Assembly (NCBI GenBank): GCA_965242695.1
Contig: CBDESU010000001.1
Coordinates: 1,984,001 to 2,048,000, forward strand
DNA: 64,000 nt
Reading direction: 5' to 3'
Source: Cenarchaeum sp.
GTDB lineage: Archaea; Thermoproteota; Nitrososphaeria; Nitrososphaerales; Nitrosopumilaceae
Both the position numbers and the translations under genes were made by a program. Positions 56,609 through 64,000 of the stretch are shown piece after piece. Numbering within the stretch: the stretch's first letter is position 1; the number at the start of each line of letters is the position of its first letter. The notes below the pieces were generated by a model. That model searched no databases. It was not told the origin of the DNA and saw nothing but the letters and a program-made list of their open reading frames with translations.

Positions 56609-59600
56609 CTACTGCCCCGGCGCCCCGCACGAGGCGGTGTACGTGACGGTCTGCGCGGCCTGGCCGGCGTCGGCCTGCCGCAGCGTCGCCGGCACCTCGA
56701 GGCGGAACATCGCCTCTGTCGGCCCCTCGCCCGGCTCGGCGCTGAACGGGGAGCCGAGCGGCGTCCAATCACCTTCGCCCCCGATCATGATGCTCGTCGC
56801 GCCGGCGGGCAGCACCTCGCGCCCATCCGTGCCAGCCCATCCCGACGCCTCGATCGTCAGCCCGTCGAGCGGCAGCGTGCCGACGTTCCGCACCGCCTGC
56901 ATCGCGGGGCCCGACCGCCCGCCCGCGCCGACGTCGCCGAACGCAAGCTCGCCCGATGCGAGCGAGATGCCGCATACGGGATCCAGCCCCGCTCGGTCCC
57001 CCGTGTCCGTCCACGCCCCCGTCCCCGGCGCCGTCCGCCATATTGCGACGCGGTTGGGCGATATGCGGTCGCCGTTGGCGTCGAGGCGCAGGTCGCCTCC
57101 GAGCAGCCCGTCGAGCGCCTCGGCGGCCGCGTGCATCTCGGCCGCCACGCCGGCGCCCGTGTGCGAGCCGCCCGCATCCATCGAGCGGTTGACCGCGCCG
57201 GCGAGTAGGTACACAGAGTCGTACGCAGAGTACGCATAGTGCTGCGGCTCGACGCCCCCGCCCGCCGCGGCAAGGGCGCGGTGGACGCGCTCGAACTTTG
57301 GCGTCTGAGGCAGGTCCCACGATATGCTGTAGAACTGCGCGGCCTGCGCGAGGCGCAGCGTCTCGGGGTCCTCGATCGGCTGCGGCGGGAAGAGGTGGCC
57401 CGGCTCGAACCACTTTGCCTGCCGGAGCAGGGGGTACTCTACGGCGTAGTGTGCGATGTCGTGCAGCTCTTGGCTGAACGAGACGACGAGCAGCCCGATG
57501 TCGGACGGATCCGTCCCCGATGCCGCCGCCGCCGCGACGCGGGAGTTGATCTCGGCGACCGTCCCCGACTGGTTCTGGTTCGGGTGTGGTATGTGGACGG
57601 TGTCGAGGACGGCCATGCCGAGCGTTTCGGACTCGCGCCGCACCTCTTCCTCGTAGCTCGTCCCGTACGCGGTGATCACGACCGGAACGACCGTGCCGAT
57701 CCCCTCGCGGTGCGCGGCGATCGCGAGCTGGTCGGCCTCGTACCTGTCGTTGATCGAGAGGCGGAACAGGCCGTCGTCGCGCAGGTGCGACGGCGGCGAC
57801 GTAGACTGCGACGTGGGGCTGACCATGACCGTGCGAGAGTCCTCGGTAAAGTTCGCAAGCGCGGCGGCGACCGAGCTGAACGTGGGGCCGAGGTACGCGA
57901 CGATCCCGGCGCCCCCGCCGTACGCGGCCGCGAGCCCGTCGGCCGGCGAGGCGAACGTGAGGTTCACCTGCTCTAGGCGCACCCGGAGGGGCGAGCCGTC
58001 GGCGGCCATCTCTGCGTTGTAGTCGCGCACTGCAATCTCGTACGCCGCGTGGACCTCGCCGTTTATGCGCGGCGCGAGCGCGTCGGCCTCTGGCAGGTAC
58101 AGCTCGCCGAGCACGATGCATGTGGTGCCCGCATCGCCGCACCCGGCCGCGCCGGGCGGCTCGACCACGGGCGCCGCCCTCGTCTCGCCCGTGTCAGTCC
58201 ACGCGCCGTCGACTACCCGCCACACCGCAAACCTGTCGGGGACGAGCAGGTCGCCGTTGGCGTCGAGCTCGACGTCTCCGAGCACGCCCTCGTACGCCTT
58301 GGCGGCTATCGGTATGGACAGCCCGACGCTCGCCTGCGTGTGCTCGCGCCCCGCCGCGTCGTTGAGCTCCAGCGCCCCGCCTAGCACGTGCAGCGTGTCG
58401 TACGCGGCGTACTCGTAGAACGACAGGCCGGGCACGGCCGCGTCGAGGGCGGCCCGGGCAGCGCCGTCCCCGACGTCTATTGCGATCCCCGTCATTTGGG
58501 CAGCCGTCGCAAAGGCGCGCCCCGCATCGTCTGGTATCCTGGGGCCCTGCGATATGCCGCTAGGCGTCACAAACCACTGCACGCCGTCCGTCAGCGCCGT
58601 CCCGTTTGCCGCCTGCCAGGCGGCCGCAAGCGAGTTCTGGTCGTTCTCGACTCCTACGAACGCGACGCCGACCGTCGGCGCATCGCCGCGCGAGGAGGCC
58701 TCTGATATCGCCGACGAGGCGGCGGCCACGGCGGACGGCCAGTCGGCCTCCCCGCCGGCGGCGAACCTCACCGATGCGGCCACGTCCGCGCCGCGCGCCT
58801 CCAGTGCGCCGGCGATGCTCGCGTTCAGGTCGCGCCCCCACTCGTCGTCGCGCACGAGCAGGACGGCGGACTCGATGCCGGCATCGGCCATCACATTCCC
58901 GATGAGGGCCCCCTGCCGCGCGCTGCTTATTGTCATGCGGAACACGCTGTCGCCGGCGACGGCGAGCGACTGCGCCTCCGAGCCTGGGCTGAACAGGACG
59001 ACGCCGTGCGCGTTGGCCGGCCCCTCTACCCTTGCAAGGTTCGAGCTCAGTGTGGGCCCGATGTAGATGAACGGGCCTACGCCGCCGCCGTGCGCGCCGC
59101 TGAGCACCGCAAGCGCGTCGCGGCCGGTAATGTTGTGCACCGCAAGGTTGACGAACACCCGCCTCGGCTCGGCGTTGTTGTAGTCTTCGACGGCCTGCCG
59201 CACGGCCCGCACGGTCAGGTCGTCCGGATAGTCCCTGTCCCCGAGTGCGGCGAGGACGCCGATGTCGACGACTGGGGTGAACTTGCGGATGCCGGTGTCC
59301 GTCCAGTTGCCGTCCCTTACGTACCATATGCCGAACCTGTCGGGCGTGAGCAGGTCGCCGTTGGCGTTGAGCGCAATGTCGCCGAGTATGCCGACGTGCT
59401 CCTCGGCGGCAACGGGGATTGCGGCCGAGAGGCCGGCCGCGTCGTTGGGAGTGCCGGCCTGCACGTTGGACCGTATTGCCTTGCCGAGGACGAACAATGT
59501 GTCGTACGCTGCAAACTCGTAGAGCCACGTGCTCGGGACGTTGCACTCAAAGTAGGCGCGCAGGTAGTTTCCCGCGACCGCATCCGCCTGCGAGCCGCAG

Positions 59601-61678
59601 TTGCGGCCGGCGGCCGAGAGGTGTTCCGGCAGGTTGTTGTTCCACACCACGTCGTTGTCGATGGCCGTCATGTTCCGAACGTCGCTTGCAAACGCGGCCG
59701 TGTCCGGATCCTGTATCGCCGGAAAGCCCACCGAGGATACTGTACTCGTCGTCACAAACCACTCTTCGCCGGTCAGCACGGCGCGGGCGGCGGGGTCCGC
59801 GGCCGCCGCGCCCGCAAGCCCGTCCAGGTCGTTGATGAGCCCGACAAACGCGACTAGCATGGTCGCATCGTTGCCGGCGACGGCCGCCGATGCCAGCTCT
59901 ACGACGCTCGTCCAGTTGGCCATGTTGTCGGGCGCGAACCGGACGGTGGCGGCGACGTCGACGCCGCGCGAGGCGAGCGTCTCGGACAGCGTGCGGTTCA
60001 GCGACAGGCCCCACTCGTCGTCGCGCAGCAGCACGACGACCGACTCCGTTCCCCTCTCGGCCATCGTCCGCCCCATGTAGGAGGCCTGCCGGTCGGTGCT
60101 GACGGCCATGCGGAAGATGTTGTCGCCCGGTATGGAGAGCGACTCCGCCTCCGACCCCGTGCTGAACAGGACGATCCCGTTGTCCTCGGCATAGTCCGCT
60201 ATGCTTGCAAGCCTAGAGCTGAGGCTAGGCCCCACGTACACGGTCGGGCCCTTGCCGCCGTCGTGGGCGGCGGCGAGCACGGCCGAGACGTTGCGGCCCG
60301 TAATGTTGTACGCGATCAGCTTTACCAGCGACTCGTCCTCGCCCTCGTTGTAGTCTGCCGCTGCAAGCCTCAGGCCGTCGAGCGTGAGATCGTCGGGCCA
60401 GTCCTGGTAGCCTAGGGCCATGAGTGCCCCGACCCTAGTCACAGGGGTCTCGCCGGTCCCGCCCTCGGCGAGCTCGCCCGTGGTCCGGTCCGCCCTCCAG
60501 ACGGTAAAGCCGTCGGGTGCGCGCAGGTCGCCGTTCTTGTCCAGTATGATGCCGCCGATCGCGCCCGTGTAGTTTAGGGCGGCGGCCGGCAGGGCCGCTG
60601 CCACAGACGCCGCATCGGCAGAGGGGCCGCCGGCGGCCGCTATTGCGCCGCCCAGCACGAATACAGAGTCGTAGGTAGAGTACTCGTAGAACGAGAGCGG
60701 ATCGGCGCTGCTCAGGTTCGAGTCGATCGCCCGCGTAAGGCCGCTCTCGGGCACGTTCTGCTCGAGTATTGTCAGCCCGACGGCGGCCGAAAAGTCGCGG
60801 ACGGGGCCGGCCGGAAGCTGCGACGAGGCGACAAGGGCGGTAGACGGCGCAAACCAGGACGTGCCATCCAGCACGGCAGAGCCGGCCGCAGCGGCGGCCA
60901 TGTTCGGATAGCTGCTCCCGTACCCCGCAAAGAACACGCCCGTGTCTGGCTCCGTCGCGCCGCCCTCGACCTGCCGGGCAATGCCCTGCCAGTAGTCAGG
61001 ATCGGTGCTGTCGCTGAACAGCACGGTTGCCGCGACGTCGATTCCCCTCTCGGCTGCGCTTGCGTTGACGAACTCGGCAAGCTGCCTGCCCCACTCGTCG
61101 TCGCGCGCGACGACGACTAGCGAGGATATCCCGGCAGACTCCATCTCGTCGACCAGTATGGCCCCCTGCCGCTCTACGTTGATGGCCAGGCGGAATATCC
61201 TGTCCCCCTCAATGGCCAGCTGCGGCGCCTCGGACGACGGGCTGACCAGGACCGTCCTGTTGAGGACGTCCATCGACGTCGCGTTGGCGCGTATGTTGGC
61301 AAGCCCCTGGCTGGTCGTCGGCCCGACGTAGAACAGGGGGCCGGTGCCGCCGTCGTACGCCCCGACGAGCCCCGCCGGCTCGCCGCCGCGCTCGATCGTC
61401 GTGACTTCGAGCGCCAGGTCGAACCCCGCGCTCTGCTCGTTGAAGCGGTCGACGGCGTACTCTAGTACGGCCGTGCGGTTGGTGTCGTCGAACTCTTGGC
61501 CAGGCCCGCTCATGAGGGCGCCGATGGCGACGGTCGGCTCGGCAGACTGCGCGTGGGCCGCATCCAAGCCCAGGGCGGCCGCTGCCGCCACTGCCAGCAC
61601 GGCCGCTGCCGCCAAGAGCGCGGCGCTCCCGCGTGCGGCAGGCGCCGTGCCGCCGCGCCTCCATACGCTTGGCTTCAC
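56609..61678 (-). CDS. Large secreted protein with four tandem type I (LivJ-like) periplasmic-binding domains and a C-terminal beta-sandwich
   Basis: GTG 61678 after CTTATAA; signal peptide; four units each with Y(V/I/L)GP..S, FR(L/M), Y..YD, (L)D.NGD. Confidence 0.9.
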   Translation of the reverse strand: MKPSVWRRGGTAPAARGSAALLAAAAVLAVAAAAALGLDAAHAQSAEPTVAIGALMSGPGQEFDDTNRTAVLEYAVDRFNEQSAGFDLALEVTTIERGGEPAGLVGAYDGGTGPLFYVGPTTSQGLANIRANATSMDVLNRTVLVSPSSEAPQLAIEGDRIFRLAINVERQGAILVDEMESAGISSLVVVARDDEWGRQLAEFVNASAAERGIDVAATVLFSDSTDPDYWQGIARQVEGGATEPDTGVFFAGYGSSYPNMAAAAAGSAVLDGTSWFAPSTALVASSQLPAGPVRDFSAAVGLTILEQNVPESGLTRAIDSNLSSADPLSFYEYSTYDSVFVLGGAIAAAGGPSADAASVAAALPAAALNYTGAIGGIILDKNGDLRAPDGFTVWRADRTTGELAEGGTGETPVTRVGALMALGYQDWPDDLTLDGLRLAAADYNEGEDESLVKLIAYNITGRNVSAVLAAAHDGGKGPTVYVGPSLSSRLASIADYAEDNGIVLFSTGSEAESLSIPGDNIFRMAVSTDRQASYMGRTMAERGTESVVVLLRDDEWGLSLNRTLSETLASRGVDVAATVRFAPDNMANWTSVVELASAAVAGNDATMLVAFVGLINDLDGLAGAAAADPAARAVLTGEEWFVTTSTVSSVGFPAIQDPDTAAFASDVRNMTAIDNDVVWNNNLPEHLSAAGRNCGSQADAVAGNYLRAYFECNVPSTWLYEFAAYDTLFVLGKAIRSNVQAGTPNDAAGLSAAIPVAAEEHVGILGDIALNANGDLLTPDRFGIWYVRDGNWTDTGIRKFTPVVDIGVLAALGDRDYPDDLTVRAVRQAVEDYNNAEPRRVFVNLAVHNITGRDALAVLSGAHGGGVGPFIYIGPTLSSNLARVEGPANAHGVVLFSPGSEAQSLAVAGDSVFRMTISSARQGALIGNVMADAGIESAVLLVRDDEWGRDLNASIAGALEARGADVAASVRFAAGGEADWPSAVAAASSAISEASSRGDAPTVGVAFVGVENDQNSLAAAWQAANGTALTDGVQWFVTPSGISQGPRIPDDAGRAFATAAQMTGIAIDVGDGAARAALDAAVPGLSFYEYAAYDTLHVLGGALELNDAAGREHTQASVGLSIPIAAKAYEGVLGDVELDANGDLLVPDRFAVWRVVDGAWTDTGETRAAPVVEPPGAAGCGDAGTTCIVLGELYLPEADALAPRINGEVHAAYEIAVRDYNAEMAADGSPLRVRLEQVNLTFASPADGLAAAYGGGAGIVAYLGPTFSSVAAALANFTEDSRTVMVSPTSQSTSPPSHLRDDGLFRLSINDRYEADQLAIAAHREGIGTVVPVVITAYGTSYEEEVRRESETLGMAVLDTVHIPHPNQNQSGTVAEINSRVAAAAASGTDPSDIGLLVVSFSQELHDIAHYAVEYPLLRQAKWFEPGHLFPPQPIEDPETLRLAQAAQFYSISWDLPQTPKFERVHRALAAAGGGVEPQHYAYSAYDSVYLLAGAVNRSMDAGGSHTGAGVAAEMHAAAEALDGLLGGDLRLDANGDRISPNRVAIWRTAPGTGAWTDTGDRAGLDPVCGISLASGELAFGDVGAGGRSGPAMQAVRNVGTLPLDGLTIEASGWAGTDGREVLPAGATSIMIGGEGDWTPLGSPFSAEPGEGPTEAMFRLEVPATLRQADAGQAAQTVTYTASCGAPGQ

Positions 61679-61700
61679 GCGGCCGCGCCCGCAGGGTTCG

Positions 61701-61812
61701 TTATAAGCCTGCGGGGCAGCCGCCATCGGAGGACGGAGGCCGCCACAGCCATGCCGCCCGCCAAGAGGCCGCCTCCTGCCGCCACGGGGCGGCCCCCTAG
61801 CCAATATATAAA
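61701..61812. promoter_or_regulatory. Divergent TATA boxes for the two surface-protein genes
   Basis: TTATAAG at 61701-61707 (minus-strand gene) and TATATAAA at 61805-61812 (plus-strand gene). Confidence 0.65.
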
Positions 61813-61840
61813 TACGTGGCAGGGGCGGCGGGCAACAGCA

Positions 61841-63004
61841 ATGCGCGGGAGGACGGGACAAGCAGCACTGGCCGCAGTGGCGGCGGTTGCCGCGCTGGCG
61901 TGCGCGGCGCTGGCCGGCGGCGATGCCGAGGCGCAGGAGCCGCTGTCCATCGAGATTGCAGATCGCTACGTAAAGGGCGACACGATAGCCATATCCGGCA
62001 CGGTGCGTAGCATCGACCCCACGCTCATTCATAGCGTCACGATCATGATACGCGATCCGAGCGGCAACATCGTCGGCATAAACCAGGCAACGCCGGCCGG
62101 CGACGGCACGTACTCTACCTCGATAGTGGCCGACGGCCCCAGGTGGAAGGACCCCGGCGCCTACGAGGTGCGCGTCCAGTACTCGGCCCAGAGGGCCAGC
62201 ACGACGTTTGAGTTTTTCCCGGGCGACGGCACGGCGCCGGCGCCGGATCCAGCCCCCCCGGCCCCCGTGGCGCCCGAGCCGGACCCGACTCCGGCGCCTC
62301 CGCCGCCGGCCCCCGACCCGACGCCGGCCCCGCCAGCCCCCGTGGCGCCGGCCCCCATAGTGCCCGACCCAGCGCCCCCGCCGCCCCCACCCCCCCCTCC
62401 GCCTCCAGCGCAGCCCGATCTTGAGTGCGGCCCCGGAACCGTAGAGCAGGACGGGCAGTGCGTGGCAGAAGAGCCAGAAGAGCCGGCCGCGCCCACGTGC
62501 CCCGCCGGCCAGACGCTCGAGGACGGCAGGTGCGTCGACGTAAAGCCCGACCTGAACTGCGGCCCCGGAACCGTAGAGCAGGACGGGCAGTGCGTGGCGG
62601 TGCCCGATACGTCTTCCGGCAGCTGCCTCATAGCTACGGCAGCGCACGGAACAGAGCTTGCCCCGCAGGTCCAGCTGCTGCGCGAGCTGCGCGACGGGAC
62701 TGTAATGACGACGGCATCCGGCGCATCGTTCATGTCGGGGTTCAACGCGGCGTACTATTCGTTCGCCCCGGCGGTAGCAGACATGGAGCGCGAGATCCCC
62801 GCCGTGCGCGACGCAGTCCGCCTGCTCATCACCCCGATGCTCGCATCCCTTTCCGTAATGTCGCTGGCCGAGGGCGGCTCGGACGCGCAGGTGCTCGCGC
62901 TTGGGTCAATAGTCATTGCCCTCAACGCCGGCCTCTATATTGCGGCGCCGGCGGTTGCCGGAACGATCCTCTCCAGAAGGCTGGCGAGGCGCTGGCGCCG
63001 GTAG
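61841..63004 (+). CDS. Secreted CFI-box-CTERM protein with Ig-like domain, Pro-rich stalk and Cys repeats
   Basis: Signal peptide; CGPGTVEQDGQCV twice (41-bp identical DNA at 62426-62466 and 62558-62598); SCLIATAAHGTELAPQVQLLRELRD; C-terminal TM. Confidence 0.9.
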   Translation: MRGRTGQAALAAVAAVAALACAALAGGDAEAQEPLSIEIADRYVKGDTIAISGTVRSIDPTLIHSVTIMIRDPSGNIVGINQATPAGDGTYSTSIVADGPRWKDPGAYEVRVQYSAQRASTTFEFFPGDGTAPAPDPAPPAPVAPEPDPTPAPPPPAPDPTPAPPAPVAPAPIVPDPAPPPPPPPPPPPAQPDLECGPGTVEQDGQCVAEEPEEPAAPTCPAGQTLEDGRCVDVKPDLNCGPGTVEQDGQCVAVPDTSSGSCLIATAAHGTELAPQVQLLRELRDGTVMTTASGASFMSGFNAAYYSFAPAVADMEREIPAVRDAVRLLITPMLASLSVMSLAEGGSDAQVLALGSIVIALNAGLYIAAPAVAGTILSRRLARRWRR

Positions 63005-63045
63005 CGGCGCGGCGGCGTTCTGCACGGGCAATGTCGCCCTGACCT

Positions 63046-63356
63046 GTAGGCGCAACCAACAACTTGGTAGGCCATCGTTGGAACGGGGCCGAACCGGTAC
63101 GTAGAGTTGTGCGAGGCAGGCGCAGCCAACAACCCGGCAGGCTGCTACAAATCTGCGCGTTTTGCGTACCGCATACGAGAACCGACGCAAGTGCAGCCAA
63201 CAACCCGGCAGGCCGTCGCTGGGCGGCATAGGCAGTGACAACCTCGACGGGGCCACAACAGGCGCAGCCAACAACCCGGCAGGCCTTACCGGTCGAAGGT
63301 TGTCGAGGCGCGTGGCCAGGACGCGGTCGTAGGAGCAGCCAACAACTCGGCAGGCC
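63046..63356. repeat. CRISPR-like interspaced repeat array: 5 degenerate 28-bp repeats, 4 spacers of 42-43 bp, no cas genes in window
   Basis: Consensus GCAGGCGCAGCCAACAACCCGGCAGGCC at 63046, 63116, 63187, 63258 and 63329 (periods 70, 71, 71, 71). Confidence 0.85.
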
Positions 63357-63611
63357 GCTACCGGGCCACTTGCCGGCAGCATCCGGCGCAAGCTGCTGGT
63401 ATACGACAGGCGCCTGCGTAGGATGCAACGTTCATGCCGCGGTGCGGCGCGGCGCGGCGCGGCAAGCCTTTGCAAGTTGGCCAATGCTACTCCCGCGTCG
63501 TTCCCGCAGGCGCTGCCACTACCAGCCGTGCGGGCCCTTCTAGGTCAATTGTCGTTTCTGCGTCGTCGTCCCCGCAGGACTGCGCCGCGGGCATCCGGCA
63601 ACAGCGCGCCA

Positions 63612-64000
63612 CTAGGGCGCATCCACCACACTGCCCCGCTGTGTCTCCAAGCCCATCCTCCTCTTGCAACGATCGGTGAACGCCTGCGCAGTGCTGGGGT
63701 CAAAGCCGCCACGAAGCAATTTTTTGTAGAGTGCCCCGAGATCGTCGTCCTCCTCCAGCATCTCGGCGAACCACGCTGTGGCCTTGCGGACTAGCAACTC
63801 TGCATGCCGCGCCCCCATTTCATCATAGAATATATGGACTGCCTTGATCACATCTCTCATGCCAGACTCGGTGGTAAAGTCAGCCGGCTTGCCTGCGCCC
63901 GCCTTTGTTGCACAAGACACAATACCTTCGAGGATAAAGGGCAACGCAACCGACGGAGGATCGTCGGGGGAAAATGGGTATAGAGACAAGGGTTCCCGCG
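63612..64000 (-). CDS. C-terminal part of a paralogue of the 7560-8404 nuclease-like protein (5' end outside window)
   Basis: REPLSLYPFSPDD...KAVHIFYDEMGARH aligns with FEPMLFYPFSACDD...KAVHPKYKYMGRKH; frame open to the window edge. Confidence 0.8.
   Translation of the reverse strand, partial: REPLSLYPFSPDDPPSVALPFILEGIVSCATKAGAGKPADFTTESGMRDVIKAVHIFYDEMGARHAELLVRKATAWFAEMLEEDDDLGALYKKLLRGGFDPSTAQAFTDRCKRRMGLETQRGSVVDAP

Noticed and set aside
62906-63484. ORFs of 168-192 aa across the array with repeated ACRVVGC/LPGCWL peptides
   Set aside because: The repeat cycles through all reading frames (period 70-71), so the peptides are by-products of the DNA repeat.
1-64000. Many long Arg/Ala/Gly/Pro-rich ORFs overlapping or antisense to real genes (e.g. 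17052-19739, 42020-44266, 43634-45595)
   Set aside because: Shadow ORFs expected at very high GC; they show no motifs and each overlaps a motif-supported gene.

Overview
GC-rich archaeal chromosome segment. The gene content points to Nitrososphaerota (Thaumarchaeota, Nitrosopumilaceae/Cenarchaeum-like, plausibly host-associated): two CFI-box-CTERM proteins, EF-1beta, Pth2, CDC48, DUF373, MCO+ZIP, and TATA boxes ~25-30 nt before start codons. The core genes (purD, folD, aroA, truD, pyrF, uppS, pth2, EF-1beta, cdc48, egtD, a metal-homeostasis cluster) are interleaved with two giant secreted multidomain proteins (3323 aa and ~1689 aa) and several visibly lower-GC accessory inserts. Four observations stand out. 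(1) A DUF3800 gene faces two copies of a promoter-bearing two-hairpin element whose substitutions all preserve base-pairing; one copy is split by an intact IS630, and a second pair with the same architecture lies at 46 kb. (2) A cas-less CRISPR-like array (5 degenerate 28-bp repeats, 42-43-bp spacers, 70-71-bp period) lies just downstream of a predicted nuclease-family gene at the right edge. (3) A two-gene cassette (unknown ~360 aa protein + PD-(D/E)xK nuclease-like protein) recurs two, probably three, times. (4) A SemiSWEET/PQ-loop domain is fused to a HATPase domain with no H-box. All assignments come from reading motifs by eye; no searches or folding programs were run. No tRNA, rRNA or cas gene was recognised.
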